DNA from: Lama guanicoe | Taxonomy: Eukaryota | NCBI GenBank assembly: GCA_013239625.1 | Contig: MU053881.1 | Coordinates: 5,167,957-5,231,956, forward strand | DNA: 64,000 nucleotides | Reading direction: 5' to 3' | Shown here: piece by piece, positions 13,301 through 25,890 of the stretch | How the letters are laid out: every line of letters begins with the position of its first letter | Numbering within the stretch: the stretch's first letter is position 1 | Made by a program: the position numbers and the translations under genes | Notes under the pieces: generated by a model | The model's input: the letters and a program-made list of their open reading frames with translations, nothing else | Database searches by the model: none | What the model was told of the DNA's origin: nothing

Positions 13301-13692
13301 TCATGTGGGCGGGTCAGGTCAGGGCACCGGGAGGTGGCGAGCGGGGGTCCCATCCCGGCATCAGTTCCCAGCTGGCGCCTACCTGGCTCGGGGCACCCCA
13401 GGAGGGCCAGGGAGTCGTGCTAGAATGTGTCCCCAGAGCCATACAGTTCCTAAGGCACGTGCGAAGGCCTTCAGCGACCTCATCCCTTTTGGGCTTCACA
13501 AAAGACCGCGCCCACCGATGACAGTGATCTCACCGATGAACAAGGACGGCTCACGTGGGCTGAGGGCTTACTCCAGCCGTGGGCTTTATATGGGTTCTCT
13601 CACTTAATTCTCAGAAATGACCCTCTTCTCTTCATTTAACAGATGAGAAAACAGGGGGCATTGGCAGGTTAAGTCCAAAAAGTCTGCAGCAG

Positions 13693-13799
13693 GGGCTGGA
13701 GGCACATAGCTCAGTGGTAGAGCATGTACTTAGCATGCGTGAGGTCCGGGGTTCATTTCCCGGTACCTCCATTTAAAAAAATTAACCCCCCCCCCGGAG
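13693..13799 (+). mobile_element. Camelid-type tRNA-derived SINE (vic-1-like)
   Basis: tagctcagtggtagagcatgtacttagcatgcgtgaggtccggggttc; 14-bp TSD aaagtctgcagcag at 13679-13692 and 13800-13813. Confidence 0.9.
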
Positions 13800-15156
13800 A
13801 AAGTCTGCAGCAGTGGGGAGTGGGCAGGCCAGGGATTTGGACCCCGAGTGTTTTGGCCCGGAGCTGCTGCATGGAGCCCCAGCGGGTGCAGCCTCCTCCT
13901 CATCCCAGCCTCTGCCAGTGCAGCGCTGGAAAATGCCAACCTGACAGTGCTTCTCCTGGGCTGTTCCTGTCCGGGCTCTCCTTTACCCCAGGGACAAAAC
14001 TCCATGCTCTGACAATGGCACCATACGCCCTTTCCCTCCTGCCACCCTCCCCCCCGGCCAGCGTTCCTGCTTTCAGTGTGCCGAGCCACTTCTGGTTCTC
14101 GAAACCACTCTCATCTTTCACTGTGACTGCATTTTATACAGGAGGAATCCAAAGGTCGACGAGGGGACAGAATGTGGATCAGGTCACAGAACCGATGAGG
14201 GGCTGAGTCAGAACTCACACCTGGTCTGGCGGGTCCAAGGCCTTCAGTGCCGGAAGCTCCCAATGTCACAGCGCAGAGAAATGGCCCAGGGCCTGTTCCC
14301 ACGGCAGCTTCCTGGGCCCAGGCTGGGAGATGCAGGGGATGGGGTCCTGGGAACCTGCATGGTTAGTGATCTCCCTGGCGAGTCCCTGCTGAGTCTCTCC
14401 CACAACCCTCTGCAGCCCCCAGGGCGATCTGAGTGACCCCAGTTGTCACAGGAGCAGTAAGACATGCTGTGGGGCGTTTCGGGCTGGTGGGTCCTGCACT
14501 CTCAGGGCTCAGGTCAGCCAGAGGCCACCTCTGCCCTGGAGCAGCCCCGACTTCCCGCTCCTCTCTCTTGGGTTCCCAGCTGGCCCGTCCGTGCTTCCCT
14601 CATCACAGTCCTCCCCTCCCCTCCCTGCAGGGGTGTTCCCTGCACCTGAGGAGGGGCTGCTTCAGCCTCCAGTATTCACCCTTGGTTGTATTTCAGGATG
14701 CCCTGGATGGCTTTCAGACACAGACTGCCAGGCCCACCCAGGATTCTCTGATTTGGAGATCTGGGTGGGGCGGGGGGCGGGGTCTCCGAGCGTGCATTTT
14801 TATCTGTTTCTGTGACGTCATCTCACATCCCTATAATTCCTTCAGCTAAAGAACAACTTCTCCAGACTCCTAGACAAGGACCTGTGGGCTTGTTGTATAT
14901 CTTTAGCAATATCTGATCACCAGCTGTATTCAGGATTTATTCTTGAGTCTTTTCTGGAATTTTCAGCATAGCCTCTTTCTTGAAACTTTGATGTTTCATA
15001 CATATTCGGCCCTTCTCATAACGATGTGCAGGGACCCATGCTGCCCTGCCGATGGGAGGATATTGTCCCTAACTTGACTGTATCGCTGATGGCACAAAAT
15101 GAAGTCATCCTGGGTCCTTCAAGGTTAACTTTAATATGGGACGCTTTGGGTTAGTT

Positions 15157-16076
15157 AAACAATCTGATTTGGAAAAATGAGCAGAGGATCTGAACAGAAA
15201 TGTTTCCAAAGAAGACATACAGGTGGCCAACAGGCACATGAAAAGATGCTCAACGGCTCTAGTTATTAGGGAGATGTAAATGAAAACCACAGTGAGATAG
15301 TCCTCCTGCCAGGAGAACGGCGACTCATCGAAAAGGCAAGAAATCACAAGTGCTGGAGAGGGTGTGGAGAAACCGGAACCCTCACTCATCGTTGGTCAGA
15401 ATGCAAACTGGTGCAGCCACTATGGAAAAAAATATGGGCTCAAAAACTCAAAAAACTAAAACTGGAATTTCCATATGATCCAGCAATCCCATTTCTGGGT
15501 GTTTATCTGAAGAACAGGGAAACATGAATTCAAAAAGATACAGGCACCCACTATGTTCATATCAGCATTATTTACAGTAGCCAAATGTGGAAACCACCTA
15601 AATGCCTATCAATAGATGAACGGATAAAGAAGCTGGGGCTACGTATATACAATGGAATATTATGCAGCCACAAAAAGATGAAATCTTGCCATTAGGGACA
15701 ACATGGGTGGACCTTGAGGGTATGATGGGAAGTGCGGTAAGTCAGGTGGAGAAAAACAAATGCCCCGTGATTTCATTCATGTGTGAAATAAAAACAAACA
15801 AAATAAACCAAACTGAACAAAACCAAACACATAGATACAGAGAACAGAGTAGTGGTAACCAGAGAGGAAGGGGGGCTGGGGGGAGGGCAGAATGGGTGAA
15901 GGGGTCAACTGTATGACTTCCTGCCCGTGCCCCCCTTTCTCTGCTCATGTCTGGCTATCTGTCTGCTCATGGGGACAGATGGAAACTAAACTCTTGGTGT
16001 AGTGTATGCAGAAGTCTAAATATAATGTTGTACACATAAAACATGTGATAAATCAGTGTTACCTCAAAAAAAAAAT
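15157..16076 (+). mobile_element. 5'-truncated L1 (ORF2 end, 3'UTR, poly-A)
   Basis: ccaaagaagacatacaggtggccaacaggcacatgaaaagatgctcaac, atgatccagcaatccc; poly-A ending at ~16076. Confidence 0.85.
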
Positions 16077-16820
16077 CTCATTTGGTGGCATGCAGTGTCT
16101 CAGAAGGCTCACGTGATCACCAGCAGTCACTGCAGATATCACTAAGAGAGGCAGTTTGGAAAGCTGAATGGGTCCAGACAGACTATACATCTGTGGCTGG
16201 AGAGCATGCGTTTCTAACACGTAACCAGACCACACTTTGAGAAGCACTGGAGAGGAGGAGGCCAGCTGGAGGGGTGGCAGCTGGCAGGCAGCGGGTGAGC
16301 AGGGGCTCAGCGTGCTCCACCAGCTTCAGCTGTGCCTCAGTTTCCTTGTCCATCAAACATGGGGAAGAACAACACTTACCTGTCTGAGTTGTGAGGTTTG
16401 AATGGCACGTGAGAGGTGGGGACCAGGATTTATTTTTCTTGCCTACTCAGAAGTCCTTTTTCAGGCTGGGTCCTTCCACAGATGTTTCTGAGCAAATACA
16501 TCTGTTCCCCCACTCCACCCCGAGGTTTTGGGGCTCTGGTTCCCATGAGGGAAGTGAGGGTTTTGCCATCACCCTGAGGTCCGTGGGAGGTGAAGCACCA
16601 GCTCCATGGGGCAGGCGCTGCTGGTTCTCCAACCCCACTTGACAGATGGGGACCCTGAGGCTGAACGTCCGCTGCTCACACAGCAGGAAAGCAGTAGGGA
16701 AGGGAGTCAAACCAGGTTTTAGTTTCCAGCTGCTCCAAGTGCTTCTTAAGGAGGCAACCACTCTCACCCCTGAAGGAGGGGACCCCAGGAGGCAGTCCTC
16801 TAGTTGATTTCTCAGTTGAC

Positions 16821-16837
16821 AGCGCCCCCTGGTGGTC
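16821..16837 (-). promoter_or_regulatory. Strong CTCF motif
   Basis: Reverse complement GACCACCAGGGGGCGCT contains the consensus core CCACCAGGGGGCGC exactly. Confidence 0.7.
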
Positions 16838-18058
16838 GGCATGCAAAGGCATGAAGCCTGGCCCCAGAACCCAACAGCCTTCCTCTGCAGGGATTCACTC
16901 GTTCCTTTATTCATCCGTCCATTCCACAAACACTTTGGGAGTGCTTACTGAGTGCTCGTTGGGGATGCTCTGGGACCAAGACACACGGGCTGCTCTGGCC
17001 ACTCTTTCAGTCCCTCTGGGAGGACAGAAGTTATTCACATACTCACGCAGATGTAGAAATACAGCTCGTATTGAAAGTGCAGGGAGGAACAATTCCGGGT
17101 GTGTGAGCGTGGGTGCCGGAGGGACTGGCCTGTGGCCAGGTGGGCCAAAGCCTCTGGGAGGAGAGGCTTGATCAAGAGTTAAGTAGGATAAGAGGGTGGG
17201 GGTGGGGGGCAGGGAGGCAGCCTTCTTTTGAATTAAATACTTTTTATTACCCTGTTCTCCTGTTAATTTCTTAGGCATTCTGTTACTATGCTTCTGGTGA
17301 TTATCATAAAGATTGCAATTTGACTTCTATACTTATTCAAGTCTGGTAGTAATTAGTGTTGTCGCCATCTTGGACAATGCAAGGACTTTGGAGCCCTTTA
17401 ACTGCATTTTCTGTCATGCTTTTTGTGCTATTGATGAAAGACATGTTTTAACTCTACATACATTTAAAATTCCATGAAATGTTATTCTTGTTTTGTATAG
17501 TCTACCTTCATTTACATAAAACCTTATAATTACCCTTTCCTTGTGTATCTTTCTCCCTCTGATGTTTCCATCTGAACTTACTTTCTTTCTGCTAAAGAAA
17601 TTCTTTAAATAATTCCTTTACGGGGGATCTGCTGGTGACAAATGGTATGCTTTAGTCTGCCTGTACCCAAATTTTGTCTTCGTTTTGGAAGGCAATATCC
17701 ACAGCATAAATTCCAAGCTGCAGGTTTTTAAAAGCTTTTCACCCCTTTTAAGGCATTTCATTGTCTTCTATCTCTGTTACTACTGTTGAGACATTAGCTG
17801 TCAATTTCAGTTTCCTCTGAAACTTTTTTCCCTCCGATTGCTTATAAGAGTCCCTCTTTGTCTTTGGTTTTCAGCCATTTTTCTGTGAATTGCCTAGGCA
17901 AGTTTTTATTTGTGTTTATTTTGCTTGGAGGTTCTTGGCATTTCTTGAAACCTTGGCTTGACGTCTTTCGTAACTTTTGTAAAATTTCAGCTACTATCTC
18001 TTTGAACATTCCTTCCACTCTTTTTCTCCTCTCCTTTCAGGACCGGATTTCATATACG

Positions 18059-18195
18059 TGCTGTGGGCTGAATTGCCGTACCCCCCCCCATCCGTATGTT
18101 GAAGCCCTAACCACAAAGTTACCTCCAAATGTGACTGTTTTTGGAGGTAGGGCCTTTAAAGAAGAACTTAAGGTAAACTGAAGTCAATAAGTGGA
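18059..18195 (+). mobile_element. MLT1-type MaLR LTR 5' fragment
   Basis: tgctgtgggctgaattg...tatgttgaagccctaacc...aatgtgactgtttttggaggtagggcctttaaaga. Confidence 0.75.
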
Positions 18196-18481
18196 GGTTC
18201 TGCTTTATAGGAGCTCCCAGGAAGATTCCAAGATAACTGTTGTGCAGAGGCAAGGATGAAGATGGCTGGCGCACAGCAGGTGCTCAGTAAGTGGTTACTG
18301 GACAAGTGATGGGAAGCAAAGGAAGTAGGAAAGAGGAGTGTGAAAAATCTCTTGGAAAAGTAAAAGTTCAATCTGGACTTCAAGAGTTAAAACAAGATAA
18401 ATTCTAGGTGATTCAGTTACCTAAGTATTAAACTATATAAGTGTACTGAAAGATAATGTAGGTAAATATTTATATCATCTT

Positions 18482-18621
18482 TTTAAATTTGTTTTGTTTT
18501 GTTTTTTTGAGGGGGGTAACTAGGCTTATTTATTTATTTTTATGGGAGATACTGGGGCTTGAACCCAGAATCTTGTGCATGCTAAGCACATGCTCTACCA
18601 CTTGAGCTACAACCTGCCCCC
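18482..18621 (-). mobile_element. Camelid-type tRNA-derived SINE (vic-1-like)
   Basis: tgcatgctaagcacatgctctaccacttgagct; flanking repeat atcatctt at 18474-18481 and 18625-18632. Confidence 0.85.
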
Positions 18622-19624
18622 TAAATCATCTTCGAGTTGAAAAATTAAAGCTTCACACCTAAGGCAAAAAACATACAAGAAAAAAATGGATAGCTTTGGT
18701 TACATCAATTAATTTTTTTCTTCTATTAAAAAAATCTAAATAAAAATCGAAAGTCAAATAATAAACGAGAAATATTTTCAACATATATGGCTTGCAAAGG
18801 ATTATTGTTTTTACTGGCATTCTTATGAACCAACAACACTTTGACAAGGGAAAAGGAAAAGTAATTCACAATAAAATAGCCCAATACTCAAATAATAAAA
18901 TGTATGTGCTTGCCAGTAATGAAAAAACTATATATTGCAACATCAGTGCGATGTGAAATGTTTAAAGTATCTAATGGATCAAAGATGAGAAATAAAGAAC
19001 ACCCAGAGTCGGTGAGGTTACCAGAAAGCGGATATTCTCACATTGCTGGCGACGTTGTAAATTGTTTCAATCTTTTCCAATAGCATTTGACAGCTTAGAT
19101 CTAACATCTTAGATCTCTGTATATTTTTTGACCTAGCAATTTTTCTTCAAGGAATTTATCCCATGGGAGCAGTTGTGAGATGAGCAAAAGAGAGCTTCAA
19201 AGACCTGCATGATAGGAAATAACGGAAAAATTTTCATTCAATCAAAGTGCTTATTACTAGTGGAATCATGAATAAATTATGGGTCTTCCAATCAGTGGAA
19301 TACTGTGAAATGCTTAGAATAAATGATAAACATGTACAGTAGCAATGCAGAAAATGTTAATACATGGTATGGACCCCTGAGGAGCAGTTGCCCCTAGAAG
19401 CCACCACTCAGCTGAGGAAGCCTTAGGGCCACAGGAGGAGAGCAGGGCTAGAACCCGACCTCCCCATCCCCGACCCAGGGACCCTCAGGATAACCCCATC
19501 ATTCCTCAGTCATCTTCCAGGCTTTCTCTCATCCTTGTCCAGCCCCTCAGCTGACCAGACCCTTTCCATCTCCCCTCTTCTCTCTCCCTCCTGATTGCCC
19601 TTTCCCTTCAATTCACAAACCAAG

Positions 19625-20010
19625 CCATTCTCACTCACACGCCCACTTACACATACACACACCCACACTCACTCACGCTCATACACACTGTCACAGACAC
19701 ACTCCCATAAACTCACATATATTCCCATACACTCACCTTCACCCCACACTCACGCCCACCCACAAACACACACTCACACACAATAACCCTACCACCCCGA
19801 TATTCACATGCAAACACTTTCACTAAACCCCCCATGCTCACACTGGCCATGTCCACACTCACCCCCACACACTCACCCACATTCACTCACACACACATAC
19901 AACAAGCCGTCCACACACACTCTCTGCTCACACTTGACGTATTCATACTCACACTCACCCATCCACGATCACTCACTCACATTCACTTACGCACACGCAC
20001 ACTCACTCCC
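19625..20010. repeat. Degenerate (CA)/(CACT)-rich low-complexity tract
   Basis: Directly visible; explains the His/Thr-rich ORFs here. Confidence 0.85.
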
Positions 20011-20026
20011 CAAGTCCCCCCCCCCC

Positions 20027-20091
20027 NNNNNNNNNNNNNNNNNNNNNNNNNNNNNNNNNNNNNNNNNNNNNNNNNNNNNNNNNNNNNNNNN
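20027..20091. other. Assembly gap (65 N) within a poly-C run
   Basis: N run flanked by C homopolymers on both sides. Confidence 0.99.
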
Positions 20092-21443
20092 CCCCCCCCC
20101 CCCCGGGCTCCGGTCCTCTCTGAGGTCCGCAAGCCCGCCTCTGTCCCTGGCCAGCAGCCGCTCTGAGCCTCCCTTCCCCTCCGGCCTGACTGGACCCTGT
20201 CCCCTGAGGACACGGCACCCTCTGGCATCTGAGGTGGAAGACGTTTCTGCCCTCATGCTGGATGGTTTTGCAGATTCCGCCTTTCCCCCTTTGAGACTCC
20301 GTCATCTGGCTCTGTCTCCCTCTCCCTCCTCAGGGCTGCCATCGTCAGTCCCCTGGACGTCCCCTAATTCAAAGATGCCTGAGCTCAACTGGGGAGACGC
20401 TGATGCTCACGGGTGCGAGCGACCCACCCAGATCCCGGGCCTCACAGCTTCAGCCCTCCGCCTGCAGTGACCTCCCCTCTCCTCGGCCCCCACCACCCAC
20501 CCCGCTGCACGCCGCAGACGCTCATCTCAGAAACCCCTGCATCACTGCCGACACCTCAAGTTCAAATGCCCAGCTCCTGCCACCACCTGCCAGCTCTCAC
20601 ACCCTAGAACTTCACCTTCCCCATTAACCCACGGGCCTCAGCCTGCTCTCGCTCTCACCCCCACCCCCACCTCCTTCCCTCCATCCCCGGCTTAGATTTC
20701 AGGACCATTGCAGGAGCCCAGCACCCCCTCCGCTTGGCCTCTCCCCAGCCTCACATCATTGTCCACAGCCCTCTTCAAAGACGGAACACCTCCCATGTGC
20801 CAGGTGCCGGGGATACAAAGGGAATGAGATAGCTGTCTCTGCTTTCACCCTCACCTTCTAATGGGGTGAGGGAGAGACAGGAAACCAACAAAATGTGATT
20901 AAACGCTACGGAGACACTAAACAGCGTGCTGAAATAGACAGGAGTCTGCATCGCACGGCAGACTGAGTAAGTGACATTCAAGCTGAGACTTTGAAGTGGT
21001 AAAGCCTTGTGGGCGCCCGGAAGGAGCTCTGGGCCCGAGAGGAGAATCTTCGAAGGGTTTTAAGCAGACTTATATGATCTGGTTTATGTTTTAAAAAAAA
21101 TCCCTCCAGCTGCCGTGTGGATGATGCCCTAGGGTGGGGTGAGGTCAGAGCGGGTGGAAAGCACTGACGGGTCAGACCGTGTGCACGGCTCCCAGCCAAG
21201 GCGGTGAGAGCCGCCAGCACGATCCAGGGGGACGGGGTGGGGTGGGCTGGGTAGGGTGGCTCCCCTGAAGACAACTGAGGTGCTGTTTCCAAAATAAGGG
21301 GGAATAAAACTGGGCAGGAAAAACCTAACAGCTTCAGGGACGAAGATGGGGGATAGCACAGGAAATATCCTGCAGATGAGGAGCATGAGGAAGTAAAGGG
21401 CCTTCTACACCTGGGATAAATGGGGGCTCAAGAAAACTGCTGC

Positions 21444-21636
21444 GGGGGGGGGGTAGTTACAGCTCAGCGCAGAGTGTGTGCTTAGCTTGCACTAGGTCCG
21501 AGGTTCAAGCCCCAGTACCTCCATCAAAATAAGCAAACAAGCCTAATTTTCTCCCCCATCTCTAAAAAACCCCCAAACAAAAACAAATAAAAACAAAAAC
21601 ATAAGGGAGAAAAGCCCTATAAAAATTTTTTTTAAA
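21444..21636 (+). mobile_element. Camelid-type tRNA-derived SINE (vic-1-like, more diverged)
   Basis: agctcagcgcagagtgtgtgcttagcttgcactaggtccgaggttcaagccccagtacctcc plus A-rich tail. Confidence 0.8.
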
Positions 21637-22461
21637 GAGAAAGCTTTATTGAAGGAAGGGCTAGCATAGGTCTAAAACATGGAGGGGTGTGCAAGCCAGG
21701 AAAGAGACATCTCCCTTCCTTTCTGCTGATGTGGGAGGAGAGTGGAAGGAGAGGCAGGAGCTATCTTTCGTGGTTTCTCGAGGATGTAATGGCTACAGAG
21801 CTGTGGTCCACGGGGTCCAGTCTGAGAAGAGCCCCACAGGAGATCAAGACCGGAGTCCAGCAAACAGAGAAAGCAGTGTCAGCATAGCGTAATTCCTCCA
21901 CTTGTGTCTCTCAGTCCCCATGAGAAGGACTCACTTCCTGCCTTCCGAGAGGAAGACCTCAGGATGGGAGAGCCTCCAGGTGGGGACCTTCCAACCCTGT
22001 CTTTCAGACTCCTCCTGCATGTCTCCTGTGCGTCCCCCTACTCTGCCTTTCTTCCGAGAATCCTCCCCAAAAAGTGGAGCAGGGAGATGTGGGACAAAGT
22101 CAGCAGCTGTAGGCAAGAAAGGTTCAGAACACACTCACAGAGGGGGCATTGTCCCATGTCTTCCTCACCCACCATGTAGTCATTTGCTTAAGTGAAGATA
22201 TACCTGTGGGTGCCTGTCTACCAAGAGCTGGCACTGTTCTGAGTATCAGAGATTCAAGAGTGAGCTAGATATTGCCCCTGCCTTTGAGAAGCTAATGGTT
22301 CACGGAAGGTGACAGGGAAGTAAGCAAATTCTTACAAATTAACCGAGCCTGGTGGTGCTGGGGTGAGGGGCAGGGTCTGCCAGGGAAGGCTTTCTGGAGG
22401 AGGTCATTGGAAACCGTGAGGTTTGAATGAAGAGCAGGTGAGTAGGCGTGATCCAGGCAAA

Positions 22462-22499
22462 ATGTGTGTGAGTGTGTGTGTGTGTGTGTGGAGTGTGTG
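22462..22499. repeat. (TG)n microsatellite, interrupted
   Basis: Directly visible. Confidence 0.9.
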
Positions 22500-23458
22500 C
22501 CCTTGGGGTGTGGGTGGGGGAACATTCCAGACAGAGGAGCGTGTGTACAGAGGGTATGACTCTCAATCCATAAACCCAAGCATGCATGAAATGAGCTGAT
22601 TTTCCCCAGAACTTCATTTCTGTTTGACTGGGGTCCCCTCCCTTTGCCCCAGTGGAATGGGGTCCCCTCCCTTTGCCCCAAGGTCATGGCCAAGTTCCAG
22701 GGGTTTGTGTCACTGCAAGATGTGGACGAGGAGTAGGCGTAGAACACAGACGATTCTCAATTCCATCTGTCCACATGGTAACCCAGATGGTCCGAAGAGC
22801 ATCTACTGTGCGCTGAGCCCTTGTACCCTAGTTGCTTCCCGCCCTGTGGCATCTTTCCTTTGAGTATGGAGGGAGGGAGAGATCCCAGGTAAGGGAAGGA
22901 AGTGTGCTGGGGGTCAGGGAGACTCAGTTCATATTTAAAAGGTAGAAGCCTTCCATATTCGTAAGGCAGTTTACTCTGGCTAGTGCATAGCAAAGTTTGG
23001 GGTGGTGCTGGTGGAGATGTAAGAGGGGAGCACAGTCAGGGTGGACCCCACACATCCTTCATCCATGAAGAAGCGGGTGGCCTGAGCCTGACAGGTGTCA
23101 CTGCTCTCTTGAGGTGGGTGGGCTCTTTAAGACCACCTGAGGGTCTCATAATTTCACTCTACCCAGATCATGCCCTGAGAGGTCTTCTGGGTGATGTGGG
23201 GTTATTATGTACCTGTTCTGTTATTAGAGAAGCTGAGAGTAACAAGTGTCAGTGACTTTGCTGGGGTCATAAAACTAACAGAGCCCAACCCAGGGAACAA
23301 CTTCTTCCCTGGCAGACAAGTAGGGAATGACAAACAGCCCTTGGAGACACCCGCTTCTGATTTAACGGAACTTCTTAGCATTAGCTGGGCAATTTTGCAA
23401 TGTATCAGGAAAAAAACAGCTCTGGGAGAGGTTTAACAGGTGAATCAGAGCTTAAATG

Positions 23459-23532
23459 TTTTTTCTTTTTCTTTTCTTTTCTTCTTTCTTTTCTTCTTTC
23501 TTTCTCTTCTTTTCTTTTCCTTTCTTTTCTTT
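23459..23532. repeat. (TTTC/TTTTC)n simple repeat
   Basis: Directly visible. Confidence 0.9.
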
Positions 23533-24655
23533 GAAGCAGGAAGGGAAAATAAAAGGGGCTATTTAAAAAGCTATCCTCAAGGTGGAGTATAACATCCTCT
23601 CCAAACTAGCACCTTCTTATATACTTTTAATGGTTTTGTTTGTTATTGGTTTGATGAGTCACTTAGGCTGGAATGAAGCTGCCTCGGAGCCTTTGCACAT
23701 ACTGTTCCTTCTGCCTGGTAAACCCTTCCTCCTCTTCTTCACCTGGAGACCATCTGTTTCCCCTTCAAGGTGCTCCTCCAGGGTTCCCTCCTCCTGGAGG
23801 CCTCCCCGACCTTCTCAGCCTGGATCAGAGTTCCCACATTCTCCTGGGCTCATCCCAGTCATAATGCTGGTCACTCTTGTACCATCTGCTTCCATTGCCG
23901 CCTCTGCCCTGTGGCAGTGAGGCTGGTGAGGGCAGAGGCTGTGTTGTGTTGGGTGCATATCACTGCGCTCCACTTTGCCCACTTGCTTTAGAAGATCATC
24001 TTGCCTTGCCTGCTGTCTTCTTATGCCCACTGTCCAGATCCTTCTTGCGTTAAACAACTATAATAGTATTTTTCTTATTACAACAGCAATGTGTTCCTGA
24101 TAGAATTTTTTTTTAACATGCAGAGAAGCAAAAGAATATAAAACCACTCAATTCGCCACCATCCCCTCTTCATCGAGATAACCACAGTTCACATTTTGGC
24201 ATATTCCTTCCAGCTCTTTCTCTATGTCAATCATTCATGTATATTTGAATGTTACCAAGTTGCTTAAAGGGTCTGGAACTCTTTTTCTTTCCCCCTTAAT
24301 AGCTTATCAATATTCTTCTTATGCTAAACTTGTTCCAGTGAGAATTGAGTCGCAGGACTGGCGCTGTACGGAGGGGAAGAGGAGCTCTGACCGGAAGCTG
24401 GAGGATGCGGCCCAGGGCTGTCAGGGCCACCGTGCGCAGAGGCAGGGCTAGAGCCACCCAGTCCAGCCTCACCCACGGGCTTTCCACTCCACACCTGGCC
24501 ATCAACCAGTACCATCCCCTGCCTCCACGTTGCAGGCTACTCGTGCTGGGATTCTGCCACGTCCACCCGAAAGATGGCTGAGTTTACCATCTACAGAGCC
24601 TGTCACAAACGCAGACCAGCCTTCCTGCATCAGCTGAGTAACAATTTTCTGAAGT

Positions 24656-25063
24656 TGTTATGGACTGAATGGTGTCCCCGCCTCCGTCCCCACCCCAAAT
24701 CATATGTTGATGTTCTAACCCCTTCAAAGAGACTGTATTTTGGAGAAAGGGCCTTTAGGGAGGTAATAAGGTTACATGAGATCATAAGGTGGCCCCCTCC
24801 TCTGATAGGACTGGCATCCTTATAAGAAGGAGAAGAGACACCAGAGCTCTCTTGCTGTGCACGCATGCAGCGGAAAGGCCATGCCAGGACAGTCAGAAAG
24901 CAGGAAGAGAGGTCACCAGACAACCCCCCAGCAGACGGTACCCTCACGGACTTCCAGCCTCCAGAGCTGTAAGAAAACAAATCTCTGTGTGTAAGCCACC
25001 AGTGTGTGGTGTTCTGGTTACACCTGGTTATTCTGGTTATAGCAGCCGCAGCAAACTAAGGCA
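24656..25063 (+). mobile_element. MLT1A-like MaLR solo LTR, near full length
   Basis: TG start (tgttatggactgaat), ggacttccagcctccagagctgtaagaaaacaaat, CA end (gcaaactaaggca). Confidence 0.85.
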
Positions 25064-25139
25064 CAGATGCAAGGGCGTCACCCCGATGGCCAAAGGGACA
25101 GATTAAGCTGCATTGCCATTTCTTGTCTATATTTGAGGG

Positions 25140-25460
25140 TTTTTTTTTCTTTACAATTTAAAACACTGTGGTAAAATTACAGATAAACATAAAATTTACC
25201 ATCTTAGTAAGTGTATAGTTCAGCGGTATTAAGTATATCTACACTTTTGTGCAACCGTCACCACCATCCATCTCCAGAACATTTTTCATCTTCCCAAACT
25301 GAACCTCCCTGACCATTAAACAGCAACCACCCCCCCATCCTGCCAGCCTCTTACACGTTCTGCCCCCATGAAATTGACTACTCCAGGGACCTCAAGTGGC
25401 AGAACCATATGTCAGTGTCTTTTTGTCACTGGCTTCTCTCACTAGCATAATGACTTGAGG
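25140..25460 (-). mobile_element. L1MB-like 3' end
   Basis: tgtggtaaaat...acataaaatttaccatctta...accaccatccatctccagaacatttttcatc. Confidence 0.75.
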
Positions 25461-25875
25461 GTTTCTTTTTTACTGCATTTTCCTGTACTTTATTTTAATG
25501 TGCCTGACATAGGGTTGCGCATGTGGGTTAAACGGACCTGGTCAGACCACTGGCCTGAGGAGGGCACCAGAGTTAGGAACTATATACCATTCCGCCAGCG
25601 CTCTGGTGTCTGGGGAAGGAAACTGTCCCGGTCCCAGCCCCGGCTCCAGCCCAACCCCAGGCTCAGATGCAACCTCAGTGTCACCCTACTATGCCCTCCT
25701 CAGGCTTACTCAGATCTGCAGTGTCATTTACAAGAGCCTGGCTTCCCAGGTCATCTGGTGACACCCCGAGGATCTGCTGGTGTGGGGGAGGGGGCGGTAG
25801 GTCCGTCCAGCACTTGGACCTTGACTAAGCTTCCAGCGGTTTCTTTCTGCTTTGGTCTCTGCTGCCTCTCACTGA

Positions 25876-25890
25876 GGCCACTAGAGGGCG
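25876..25890 (+). promoter_or_regulatory. Candidate CTCF site
   Basis: GGCCACTAGAGGGCG fits the CTCF core. Confidence 0.6.

Larger units (their letters stand above)
17240..19370. mobile_element. Old L1M fragments (reverse ~17240-18050, forward ~18380-19370)
   Basis: AT-rich, with L1 ORF2-like motifs such as gacctagcaatttttcttcaaggaatttatccc. Confidence 0.55.

Noticed and set aside
19595..20470. His/Thr/Pro-rich ORFs
   Set aside because: Translations of a CA-rich low-complexity tract and an N gap
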